From Agathobacter rectalis (GTDB lineage Bacteria > Actinomycetota > Coriobacteriia > Coriobacteriales > QAMH01): a DNA stretch of 62,456 nt. How positions within the stretch are numbered: the first letter of the stretch is position 1; each line of letters opens with the position of its first letter. The stretch is from assembly GCA_963590525.1 (NCBI GenBank), contig CAVAPV010000002.1, forward strand, positions 15,181-77,636. The letters run 5' to 3'. The notes beneath the pieces are model-generated. The model did not search any database, was not told the DNA's origin, and saw nothing but the letters and a program-made list of their open reading frames with translations. Of this stretch, positions 52,381 to 61,615 are shown piece after piece. The position numbers and the translations under genes were made by a program.

Positions 52381-54684
52381 CTACTTGACCTTGACAGCCT
52401 TGACCTTGGACCACGCGGAGTAACAGGTCTTGCCGTCTATAACCTTGTAAGCGCGCACCTTGAAGAAGCGCTTCTCACCGCTTTTGAGGCCTTTGACGGT
52501 GACGGTCTTCTTGCCAGCGCCCTTTGCTTTGACCAGCTTGCCCTTGTTGTTGGAGAGCTTTGCCTTGCTAGAAGCGCAGCGTACTTTGAAGCCATCCACC
52601 TTGACGGCAAACGTGCTCCAGGAAACCTTGACCTTGCCCTTCTTGGTAGAGGCGAGCTTGACGCCAGCTACCTTGATGCTAGCCATGTACTTGGCAAGGA
52701 CCTCGTCGCTTATGCCATCTGTGCCGTCGGGGTAATCGCCACCGGGATACAGATCACTGGGGTCAAAGTCTATAGAGGGAAAGTCGTAGCCCTCTTTGAC
52801 CACAAGGCTATCCTCTTGGCGCACTACCTTGTGGTATGTGTCGTCGCAGGCAAACACCGTGGTATATGCAGAGTCGAGCTTGTCCAGCTGGCCCTTGTTG
52901 GAAAAAACGGTCCAGACAACGTTTTTGCCGGAGCGACCGGATCCCGCAACGTCGAGGCCTATACGGCTGGCAGACGTGATGTAGTTAGAGCTGTCCAGCA
53001 AAAGATACGCGTTGATGATGGCAAGGTCGCTTTTCTTGCCGTCTGCGTAGTTGCCGCTGATCTTTACCGTGCCCCTAAGCGTGCAGCCGGAGTGGTAGGC
53101 AGAGTAATAGCCGCCATGTTCCTTGGTTGCGCTGTTGCCGGTTATGGAGATATCGGTGAGACAAACAGCATCCCTGTCTGCGTAAAAACCAGCGCCTTTG
53201 TTGGCTTTGTTGCCGCTTATAGCGCCCGTCTTGTCATTGGAGTAGACATGGGTATGGTTAGAGAACTCGTCGTAGACGCCGCCGCCTTTTTGTGATGCCG
53301 TGTTGCCTGAGATAGAGCTCGAATCTTCCAGCTGGATGCGGATGTTGCCGTTATACATCGATCCGCCATACGCGATATACACTCCGGCGCCGTTGACGGC
53401 AGTGTTGCCGCAGATCTTAGAGCCGCCCTTCATCACGATGGTCTGCATGTCTTGCATAAGGCACACGCCGCCAGCGTCCTCTGTGGCAGCGTTGTTCTCT
53501 ATAACGCTTGCGCCGTCCATAATCAGGTGCGAGTCTTCTTCCTCCATGCTGATGCCGGCAGCGATCCTGGCGCTGTTGGAGCTTATCTTGGAACCCTTGG
53601 TCATGCTAAAGGTCGCAGTGTCGCCCAGGTACACGCCGCCGGCGTCGCCCCTAAGATCTGCCACCATCCACGAATAGGTGCCGGTGTTGACGTTTTTGGA
53701 GATAGAGGAATTCTCCAGCGCATAGGTAGTTCCCGCACCGGTGTCGTAGATGCCAGCTCCGGTGCCGTTGGCGATGTTGTTGGCGATCGCGCTGTCTGTG
53801 AAGGTAATCGATCCACCCTTGGCGTCATGCGAGATGCCGCCGCCAAACTGCTCGGCCGAGTTGCTGCTCACCGAGCTGCCGTTTTTGGCGACGACGGTGG
53901 CGTTCTTGCCATCCGCGTAGATGCCGCCGCCGGAGAGCTCCGCGTGGTTGTAGACGATTTTGGCGCAGTCGAGCTCCAGGTAGCTGTTGTCCCCGTGCAG
54001 GTAGACGCCGCCGCCCAGGCCATGCACGCCCAAGAGGGTGTCTGCCACGTTGCCGGCCAGGGTGACGTTTTTGAGGTAGGCCTTGGAGTTTTCGCCATAA
54101 AGGGATATGCCTCCCGCAGCGTCGAGGGTGTCGTTGGCACCGCCGGCGATAAGACCGCCAAAGATCAGGTCGCTGCCGTTGGAGCTGCTCTCCCAAAACC
54201 TGCCGTTATGGCTGAGCGTGCCCTTGTGGTAGTAATCCATGCCACCGCCGTCAACGGAAAGCGTCGCGTTCTTGCGCACGCGAAACACCTCGCCGCTACC
54301 CTTGCCGTAGTAGGTGCTGTCTGCAAGGTCGCGGTCGAGCATGTGGCCGTTGAGGCGGAACTCCACGTTGGAGCCCTCCGGGATGTCGATCATGCCGTAG
54401 TTGCGGGTGTTCCAATCGGCATTGAGCGTGAAGACCACCTTGTAGGTGCCCGAGTCCTTGGCGATGCTCAGACCCTTGCTCAAAAGGTCGTCGACGCTGG
54501 TAAAGGTGCCGACGATGGGAAGCGCCATCCCGTCTTTGGATTTGTAGTAGCAAGCGGACCCCACGCTGTCTGCCGCCATGGCAGATGCGGGCACAGCCAA
54601 CGCGGCAGACGCGGCAACGGCAACCGTCGCAAAGGCCAAAACCGCTGTGCGCCTCATGCACAAGGCAAACGAGCCTTTTCTCAT
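52381..54684 (-). CDS. Large secreted parallel beta-helix (polymorphic-membrane-protein-type GGxIY repeats) putative adhesin with a C-terminal Fn3/Ig-like module
   Basis: ATG at 54684 with GGAGGAG upstream. Signal peptide (AVLAFATVAVAASAALAVPASAMA). Many GGG(I/V)Y..., N(S/T)A..GGG repeats. Lys-rich C-terminal beta module. Confidence 0.7.
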   Translation of the reverse strand: MRKGSFALCMRRTAVLAFATVAVAASAALAVPASAMAADSVGSACYYKSKDGMALPIVGTFTSVDDLLSKGLSIAKDSGTYKVVFTLNADWNTRNYGMIDIPEGSNVEFRLNGHMLDRDLADSTYYGKGSGEVFRVRKNATLSVDGGGMDYYHKGTLSHNGRFWESSSNGSDLIFGGLIAGGANDTLDAAGGISLYGENSKAYLKNVTLAGNVADTLLGVHGLGGGVYLHGDNSYLELDCAKIVYNHAELSGGGIYADGKNATVVAKNGSSVSSNSAEQFGGGISHDAKGGSITFTDSAIANNIANGTGAGIYDTGAGTTYALENSSISKNVNTGTYSWMVADLRGDAGGVYLGDTATFSMTKGSKISSNSARIAAGISMEEEDSHLIMDGASVIENNAATEDAGGVCLMQDMQTIVMKGGSKICGNTAVNGAGVYIAYGGSMYNGNIRIQLEDSSSISGNTASQKGGGVYDEFSNHTHVYSNDKTGAISGNKANKGAGFYADRDAVCLTDISITGNSATKEHGGYYSAYHSGCTLRGTVKISGNYADGKKSDLAIINAYLLLDSSNYITSASRIGLDVAGSGRSGKNVVWTVFSNKGQLDKLDSAYTTVFACDDTYHKVVRQEDSLVVKEGYDFPSIDFDPSDLYPGGDYPDGTDGISDEVLAKYMASIKVAGVKLASTKKGKVKVSWSTFAVKVDGFKVRCASSKAKLSNNKGKLVKAKGAGKKTVTVKGLKSGEKRFFKVRAYKVIDGKTCYSAWSKVKAVKVK

Positions 54685-54850
54685 TAAGAACTCCTCCATC
54701 TTCAAGTGGCCGATAAAAGTCACAACTCCATCATATGAGATTGACGTAGGTAGGCACGTTCCAATCGGCGATATGTGCAAGAAGAGAGCAGAGCGCAACA
54801 ATTGGCGCATCGCAACCAGCAAAGACCTACTCGAGAGAGCTGCGATACCC

Positions 54851-56203
54851 TTAGCTCTCCAGCTGGGTTTGAGCCCAAGCGATAAGGTCCTCGCGCATGT
54901 TGGCAAGCTCACCGTCTACCACGAGAGAGAACATCTCGCGCTTGATACGTCCCAAAACAGGTCCAGCCTCAAAACCCAATTGGATAAGATCGCGGCCGTC
55001 GATGGCGAGGTCTCGCTCGGAAAACGCAGTCATGCTCGCCAGCGTGAGCTCGAAGAGCTCCTTGGAGCGCTCAAGTGCCTGCATGTTCTCTACCTGGTTA
55101 AGCCCGCTATGAGTAAGCTTGTCGGCAGCAAAGAGCGCATAGAGGTCACGACAGGCATCAGGCCCCAGGGCAACTATCATGCGCCGCATGGACTTTGCCG
55201 TCTGCGGCAGGTTGCGATCATGGTTTTCTACCAACGTGACCACGCTTTTGCGCATCGCGTTGGAGAGCTTGAGCGTGCGGCAGATGTCATCTGCTATGGG
55301 GGCGCCAGCCTGTGCATGGCCGTAGAAATGCCCGCAGCCGTTATCATCGGTAAAAAAGCACGAGGGCTTGCCCACATCGTGGAGCAAGGCCGCCAAGCGC
55401 AGGTGCGGCTGCGGCGCTATGACTCCGCAGGTACGCACGCTGTGCTCCCAGACATCGTAGATGTGGTAGGGGCTAAGCTGTTTGAAGCCAAACTCAGGCT
55501 CAAGTTGCGGCAGGAAAACCGCTACCACATCGCGGTATTCGAGCAACATCCTAACAGCCGCAGGCCCGCAGATGAGCTTGATAAACTCCGCGCTGGTGCG
55601 CTCAAGCGCCACTTGCTCTAATAGGTGACGGTCCTCATGTATCGCCTGGGCCGTGTTTAGCTCTATCTCAAACCCCAATACGCTTGCAAAGCGTACGCCG
55701 CGGATGATGCGCAGGCCGTCTTCAGCAAAGCGCTTATGTGCATCGCCCACGCAACGCAAACGGCGGCGATGCAGATCCTCCTGGCCACCCGTCACGTCTA
55801 CCAGGCCCCGTGCAGGGGAGTATGCCATGGCGTTTACCGTAAAGTCACGACGCAAAAGGTCGCCTTCAATGCTTTGCAAGAACGTGACGCTGTCTGGATG
55901 GCGACCATCGCTATAGGAGCCGTCGGCACGGTAGGTGGTCACCTCAAAGGGCTCATGGTCGACATGCACGGTAACAGTACCGTGTTCTATGCCGGTGTCA
56001 AAGACCGCAAAGCCAGCAGCATCGCAAACCTCACGCACCTGATGCGGCAGCGCGTTAGTGGTGATATCCCAATCGTTGGGGGTACGGCCCATGAGGGCGT
56101 CGCGCACGCATCCTCCCACAACATATGCCTCAAAGCCCGCCTGTTCCAGCATGTCAAGGACCGCCTGGGCTTTAGGCGGCATATCGATGATTGCATCCAA
56201 CAT
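54851..56203 (-). CDS. cca: CCA-adding tRNA nucleotidyltransferase with HD domain
   Basis: MLDAIIDMPPKAQAVLDMLEQAGFEAYVVGGCVRDALMG, RRDFTVNAMA, HD region LLHDVGKP. ATG at 56203 with GAGGGGGA upstream. Confidence 0.9.
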   Translation of the reverse strand: MLDAIIDMPPKAQAVLDMLEQAGFEAYVVGGCVRDALMGRTPNDWDITTNALPHQVREVCDAAGFAVFDTGIEHGTVTVHVDHEPFEVTTYRADGSYSDGRHPDSVTFLQSIEGDLLRRDFTVNAMAYSPARGLVDVTGGQEDLHRRRLRCVGDAHKRFAEDGLRIIRGVRFASVLGFEIELNTAQAIHEDRHLLEQVALERTSAEFIKLICGPAAVRMLLEYRDVVAVFLPQLEPEFGFKQLSPYHIYDVWEHSVRTCGVIAPQPHLRLAALLHDVGKPSCFFTDDNGCGHFYGHAQAGAPIADDICRTLKLSNAMRKSVVTLVENHDRNLPQTAKSMRRMIVALGPDACRDLYALFAADKLTHSGLNQVENMQALERSKELFELTLASMTAFSERDLAIDGRDLIQLGFEAGPVLGRIKREMFSLVVDGELANMREDLIAWAQTQLES

Positions 56204-56410
56204 GTGCGCTATCCCCCTCTCCCACAGATGCGTTCTCTTTAAGCCTACAGTAAAGCGCGCGGACGGGCAGTGCAAAGGGTTGCAAGCGCATGTGCGCACG
56301 CAAAGCTCGCAAGCGGCAGCAAACCGCGCTCATGCAGATCGCAAGAGCGCGTTCTTACCAACGCACCACCCAGCACGCTCAAGAACCAAAACCTCCCCTG
56401 TGCCAGATAC

Positions 56411-56446
56411 ACAAAGAGCGGCTGCAGCCTCAAGGCCGCAGCCGCC
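56411..56446 (-). terminator. Rho-independent terminator after the frameshifted surface-protein gene
   Basis: Minus strand GCGGCTGCGGCC-ttga-GGCTGCAGCCGC followed by TCTTTGTGT. Confidence 0.65.
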
Positions 56447-56474
56447 CAAAACCTACGCTATACGCAGCGTAAAT

Positions 56475-57469
56475 CTAATGAGAGTAGCAATAGTAGAAAG
56501 CAGGCGAGGTGTAGGTCTTGCCCTTGTACTTGGCATTTGCGACAACGTAGTAGTAATACTCTTTGCCAGCTTTCATGGCTTTACCGGCTACCTTCTTGAT
56601 GGTGCAGCTGGTCTTGGCGGTGGAGGTCACCTTCTTGTAGCCCTTGTTGGACTTGGTAGAGGCATAGACAGTGTAGCTTTTGGCACCCTTGATCTTGTTC
56701 CAGGTTGCCTTGGCATAGGTGGAATACTTCTTACCGCTCATGCTGGGTTGCGGCACCAGCAGCGTAGTGTCAGACCACTCGGAATACTTCTTGGTCTTCT
56801 TGTCCTCTCCTACCTTGATGTAGGTACGCACTTGAGCCGTATAAACCTGGTTAAGTGCCGTCTTGAGCGAGTTTGTCTGAACTGTTTTAGATGAGTTAGG
56901 CACCATATAGCCGGAGTCGTATTTGAGCGTCTTCTTCTTGCCGTCTTTGCCTGTGAGCTTGACCTCGTAGCCAAAGTAGCTACCCGGGTTCTTGAAGCTA
57001 AAGTACAAATTCTTGGAGGCGTTGTACTGGCTCATGATCTTCAAGTTGCTAGTCTTATCGGCAACGGTAACAGGACTCAACAGCGTGATGACGTCATCAC
57101 CAGAGATTCCACCGTTGTTATAGACATAGTGGTAGTAGATCTTAAAACAGTAGTGAGAAGACCCCTCGGGAAGGTCCGTGAAGACAGCGCGCTCGGGCGT
57201 GAGCTCTTGGATGTATTCAACAGGAACTTCAACGCCCTTTTTGTCCGCATAATCTTGAGCGGTCTTATAGGCGACGACTTTGCCCATGGTGATGGTGCAG
57301 TTTTCTCGCAAGTTAGAAAACTCGCAAGTGACGGTGCTGGTGTTGCATCGGTCTGCACGGCTACACCGGTTGCAAAAGCCGTGCCGGCCCCCAGGCAGGT
57401 AAAAGCACCGCAGGCAAAAGCCAAGGCGGCAACACGAGAAAAGCGATGCAAAGAAACGTTGTGCATCAT
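56475..57469 (-). pseudogene. Secreted Lys-rich Fn3/Ig-like surface protein interrupted by a frameshift between signal peptide and mature region
   Basis: Signal peptide MMHNVSLHRFSRVAALAFACGAFTCLGAGTAFA (frame of track ORF 57077-57625, SD AAGGGA) is out of frame with the 356-aa body (track ORF 56475-57545). The junction is near 57320-57345. Confidence 0.6.
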
Positions 57470-57575
57470 GAGAGATCCCTTCATAACGGGCCTGCAGCAT
57501 CGTGAGTGCAGGCGCGTCTTCCCTTGAAGCATATGGTAAAGGCAAAAACAGCTTAAATTAAAAGAAGATTGAGAA

Positions 57576-57618
57576 TTAATGCAAAAGACACCGCCTGGAA
57601 GATCCCAGACGGTGTCTT
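57576..57618 (-). terminator. Rho-independent terminator after the DUF3343 / yedF / desulfurase operon
   Basis: Minus strand AAGACACCGTCTGG-gatctt-CCAGGCGGTGTCTT (14 bp, one G:U) followed by TTGCATTAATT. Confidence 0.85.
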
Positions 57619-57652
57619 GAAACACACGGTTGCTGTAAGTGCCGGCTTGCCT

Positions 57653-57865
57653 TTAGCGGTAATGCCAGCTTGCCTGGCAGGCAATGTCCGGGCGCTCATC
57701 AAGGCACGAGAGCGCCTCTTCTATCAGATCATCTGCGATGCGCAGCGATATCCCGCAGCTAGCCGAGATATCAGACGGCGTGGGAATGACGTCAAACCTG
57801 ATGCCTGCCAAAAGCTTTTGAGCGGCCATAGCCGCATGCGTCGACTCAAACGCGATGACGACCAC
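57653..57865 (-). CDS. DUF3343-domain protein (selenium-metabolism-associated)
   Basis: 70 aa, VVIAFESTHAAMAAQKLL...IPTPSDISASCGISL matches the DUF3343 pattern. Lies next to yedF. Confidence 0.8.
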   Translation of the reverse strand: MVVIAFESTHAAMAAQKLLAGIRFDVIPTPSDISASCGISLRIADDLIEEALSCLDERPDIACQASWHYR

Positions 57866-57877
57866 AAGCAGCCCCTC

Positions 57878-58483
57878 TTACAGCGTAATGACCTTGGAGG
57901 ACTCGTGCATGCGCTCCAAGATGTCATACATGTTGGAAACCTCACCCACCTTGAGCTCGTCGGTGATGCCAAAGAAGTTGAGGCAGGTGCCGCAGACCAA
58001 GACGTCCGTGCCCTTCTCCATCATCTCTTTGACGCTGTCGATGACCTGGGGCTCGTCGCCGCACAAGAGCTTGACGCCGGCGTTCATAAACAGGAGGTTC
58101 ATAGGGGCGACCTCTGCCTGGTTGAGCGTGTAGATGGCCATCTTCATGAGGTTACGGCCAAGCTCGCGGTCTCCATCGCCCACAAAGTCCTTGCCGATAA
58201 AGACGCTGTAGCCGCATGCGTTACCGCTCACACCGCAGCTAGCAGGCACTTGCTCTGCTGCGGCCTCTGGGCCAAGCTCGCCGCCGATAGTGATCGCAAA
58301 GCCGCCGTCGATGGCCTCGACCGCATGGCCCAGACCCTTCTTCTTTGCCAAGCGGGTGATGTTTTTGACTGCGGTGTCGTTGTCAACCTTGATGCAGATG
58401 TCTGTGTTGCCCTTGTCGATCTCTTTTTTGACCATGACCAAGGGCATGGGGCAAGCCTTGCCAAAACCGTCGAGTTCTACCAT
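57878..58483 (-). CDS. yedF: Selenium metabolism protein YedF (SirA/TusA-like N-domain plus DsrE-like C-domain)
   Basis: 201 aa. GKACPMPLVMVKKEI (CPxP), C-terminal VLVCGTCLNFFG. Confidence 0.85.
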   Translation of the reverse strand: MVELDGFGKACPMPLVMVKKEIDKGNTDICIKVDNDTAVKNITRLAKKKGLGHAVEAIDGGFAITIGGELGPEAAAEQVPASCGVSGNACGYSVFIGKDFVGDGDRELGRNLMKMAIYTLNQAEVAPMNLLFMNAGVKLLCGDEPQVIDSVKEMMEKGTDVLVCGTCLNFFGITDELKVGEVSNMYDILERMHESSKVITL

Positions 58484-58582
58484 GAGATGTCCTTTCTAGA
58501 ACGAGCAGGCGCGCACCTTGGCGCCATGTTGCCTTATGCCAAAGCCCAATGCCGCAAAGCGGAGCTGGGTAGTATCGCTATC

Positions 58583-59725
58583 CTAACGGTTATCCGCTGC
58601 AATATGGGCCAGCGCGTTAAGCGCCGCGTCCACGTCTTGCGGCGTGTTATACCACCCAAAGCTAAAGCGCACCGCACCTTGGTCGCAGGTTCCGATGGCC
58701 TTGTGCATGAGCGGGGCGCAGTGGGCGCCGGCGCGCGTGCAGATGCCGTAGTCGTTGGCAAGCGCGTCTGCCACAAAGGCCGAGTCCAAAGAGCCGATGT
58801 TCATGGCCACGACGCCGGTCCTGGCAGATATGGCGCCGCCATAGTGCTTGGCGCCGGGGATGCACTCGAGCCCATCGCAAAAACGCTGCGCGAGCTTGCG
58901 GTCGTGCTTGGCGATGGTCTCGATGCCCGTCTGCCTCACAAAACGCACACCGGCAGCCAAACCGGCGATGCCATGGCTGTTGAGCGTGCCTGCCTCGAGA
59001 TGATCCGGATACTCTGCGGGATGCTCCATCTCGAAGCTGTGAGAGCCGGAGCCGCCCACCATAAGCGGTCTTATCTCGACGTCGCGGCCAAAAACGAGGC
59101 CTCCTGTGCCCTGAGGCCCCATAAGGCCCTTATGGCCGGTAAAGCAGATGACATCGGCACCCAGCTCGCGCATGTCGACGTTTTCGACACCGGCTGTCTG
59201 GGCAGCATCCACGATAACGCGGGCGCCGTAGGCATGGGCGACCTCTGCCAATGCAGCAACATCGTAGATGTCTCCGGTGAGGTTGGAAGCATGGGTGATG
59301 ACGACGAGCCTCGTGCTCGACTCGAAAGCGCGCTCAAAGGCCCCCAGGTCCAAAGAGCCGTCTGGGGCATGCTTTACCGCGGCTATGCCGTTGCCGTAAA
59401 GCTCGTTGAGATAATAGAGCGGGCGCAACACGGAGTTGTGGCTCGCATAGGTGGTGACGATGTGATCGCCGGGGTCTGCCATGCCAAAGATGGCGGTGTT
59501 CAAAGCTTGGGTGGCGTTTGCGCAAAAGCAAACGCGGCTCGCATCAGGTGCGCCAAAAAGCTCTGCGACTTGCTCGCGCGCCTCGAAGACGGCCATGGCG
59601 GCCGATAAGGAGGCGCTGTGCACACCGCGGCCTACCCCGCCAAAGCTCTGCATCGCCGTCGTCACGGCTTCGATGACCTCGGGTGGCTTGACCATGGTCG
59701 TTGCAGCGTTATCGAGATAGATCAT
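58583..59725 (-). CDS. Class-V PLP-dependent cysteine desulfurase / selenocysteine-lyase-family protein
   Basis: MIYLDNAATTMVKPPEV... from the ATG at 59725. ITHASNLTGD, DAAQTAG, FTGHKGLMGPQGTGGL (PLP Lys), C-terminal RAGAHCAP. Confidence 0.88.
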   Translation of the reverse strand: MIYLDNAATTMVKPPEVIEAVTTAMQSFGGVGRGVHSASLSAAMAVFEAREQVAELFGAPDASRVCFCANATQALNTAIFGMADPGDHIVTTYASHNSVLRPLYYLNELYGNGIAAVKHAPDGSLDLGAFERAFESSTRLVVITHASNLTGDIYDVAALAEVAHAYGARVIVDAAQTAGVENVDMRELGADVICFTGHKGLMGPQGTGGLVFGRDVEIRPLMVGGSGSHSFEMEHPAEYPDHLEAGTLNSHGIAGLAAGVRFVRQTGIETIAKHDRKLAQRFCDGLECIPGAKHYGGAISARTGVVAMNIGSLDSAFVADALANDYGICTRAGAHCAPLMHKAIGTCDQGAVRFSFGWYNTPQDVDAALNALAHIAADNR

Positions 59726-59959
59726 CAAGCACCTTTCCGCTATGAAGCGCCCTTCCCCTTTGGACATAGCTCAAAGCAAATCCGCCTGCAAAAAAGCATG
59801 GCAGACGTTTCCCCTTTGGATGACAAGGTAACGCGATATCACGCGCATACGGCTCCAGCAGCGCATGGCATAACGCAGCCGCGAGCAATACAGACGCAAG
59901 CGGCGCGCCAACCGCAAGGCCAGCGCGCCGCCAATAATCAATGCTTATCGAGAAGGAGC

Positions 59960-61426
59960 TTAGTCCCTGGGAGCAGCAGCAGGATAGTCCAAATGCGCGA
60001 ACTTATCCGGGTCCCCTGTCTCGCCGATCTCGGTCTTGCCCTCGTCGGGCACGACGTAATCGTCGTAATCGGCGGGGTCGGTTGCCTCGAGATCGTCTGC
60101 GTTGACCTCGGCGATGGTGTCGTCGCGGAACACGTCGCGATCAAGCATGCCCACCATGTTGGCGATGGCCGTGGTGCACACGGCGTCGCCGGTGATGTTG
60201 ATGGCGGTACGGCCCATGTCAAGGATGCGGTCGATGCCCATGATCATGGCCACAGCCTCGACAGGCAGGCCAACGGAGCTAAAGACCATGGTGAGCATGA
60301 TGGTACCAACGCCAGGAACGCCTGCCGTTCCGATAGAGGCCGCAGTGGCCGTGACGACGACGGTGACGAGCTGGGACATGGTGAGGTCGATGCCAAAGGC
60401 CTGGGCGGCAAAGACGACTGCCACGCCCTGCATGATAGCCGTGCCGTTCATGTTGATGGTAGCGCCCAAGGGGATGGTAAACGAAGAGATCCTGGGGTCG
60501 ACGCCAACGCGCTTGTTAAGCGTCTCCATGTTGAGCGGGATGGTTGCGTTAGAGGAGCTGGTAGAAAACGCGAAGACCATGACGGGCCAGAACTTCTTGA
60601 GGAAGTGCAGAGGGTTGAGGCGCGTGAACACGAAGAGGATGAGCATGAAGACCACGAGCAGCATGAAAAGCAAGCCAATGTAGGTGGTCACGATAAAGTT
60701 GAGCATGGGCAGGATGCCGGAGATGCCCAGGTTGGCAAAGGTACGCGTGATCAGGCAGAAGATGCCCAAGGGTGCAACCTTGAGGATGAGGCTGATCATA
60801 GCCATCATGATGGAGTTGAACTGGGTGAAGAAGCGGTTGACGGTGGCCACCTTCTTGCCCAGCATGCCCAGCAAGAAGCCCAAGATGAGCGCAAAGAAGA
60901 TGATCTGCAGCATGGTGCCGTCGGCCAGCGCGCCAAAGATGTTGGTGGGGATGATGTTGAGCAGCGTGGTCTTGAAGTCTGTATCCTCGGCCGTTGTCGT
61001 AACCTCGCTTTGGGAGATGGAGCCTAGATCCAGACCCAGACCGGGGTTGGTGATGTTGGCCAGGGCGATGGCGATGCAGATCGACACAGCCGTGGTGATC
61101 AAGTACATGAGGATGGTGCCGCCGCCCACTTTGCCCAGCATCTTAGGATCGGACATAGACGCTGCACCGCACACGATGGAGCAAAGAACCAGCGGGGCAA
61201 CGATCATCTGCATGAGGCGGATAAATCCCTGGCCGATCACATAGCAGATGCCATCGATGAAGATGTCGCTAAAGGCGGACTCCTCGGGCAAAATCGAGTT
61301 GAGCACCAGGCCAAAAACAATGCCGGCAGCCAACGAGATGAGAATCCACGTCGTCATGCTCAGCTTCTTTTTCTTAGGCGCGGACTGCTTGGCTTTCAAG
61401 TCCTTGCCGGTATCGGTGTCTGACAT
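59960..61426 (-). CDS. Dicarboxylate/amino-acid:cation symporter (DAACS/SLC1 family) with an approx 70-aa acidic C-terminal tail
   Basis: ATG at 61426 with GGAG 8 nt upstream. Multiple TMs. SSSNATIPL, GATINMNGTA and VDRILDMGRTAINITGD motifs. Confidence 0.85.
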   Translation of the reverse strand: MSDTDTGKDLKAKQSAPKKKKLSMTTWILISLAAGIVFGLVLNSILPEESAFSDIFIDGICYVIGQGFIRLMQMIVAPLVLCSIVCGAASMSDPKMLGKVGGGTILMYLITTAVSICIAIALANITNPGLGLDLGSISQSEVTTTAEDTDFKTTLLNIIPTNIFGALADGTMLQIIFFALILGFLLGMLGKKVATVNRFFTQFNSIMMAMISLILKVAPLGIFCLITRTFANLGISGILPMLNFIVTTYIGLLFMLLVVFMLILFVFTRLNPLHFLKKFWPVMVFAFSTSSSNATIPLNMETLNKRVGVDPRISSFTIPLGATINMNGTAIMQGVAVVFAAQAFGIDLTMSQLVTVVVTATAASIGTAGVPGVGTIMLTMVFSSVGLPVEAVAMIMGIDRILDMGRTAINITGDAVCTTAIANMVGMLDRDVFRDDTIAEVNADDLEATDPADYDDYVVPDEGKTEIGETGDPDKFAHLDYPAAAPRD

Positions 61427-61615
61427 GAGGTTTACTCCCAAACTAGATGTCGCAAATGCAAAACGCGTGTGAGTATATAGCCTTGGCTAGCTGCTCGCAG
61501 CCGTTATTTACCTATTTAGCAGCCGTGCGGGGCAATTTAACACGGACGATACCTTATAGTCGCCTGTAGCAAACAGGCACCGCAGGCGTGCAAACCCTCT
61601 TTAGGAGCAAACCCC

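Noticed and set aside
61427-61615. Possible tRNA-Sec (selC) or other tRNA in the selB-transporter intergenic region.
   Set aside because: There is no T-loop (GGTTCGAnTCC-like) sequence, no acceptor-stem symmetry and no UCA anticodon loop. Only a short hairpin (GCCTGT-agcaa-ACAGGC) is present. I saw no tRNA-like sequence anywhere in the window.
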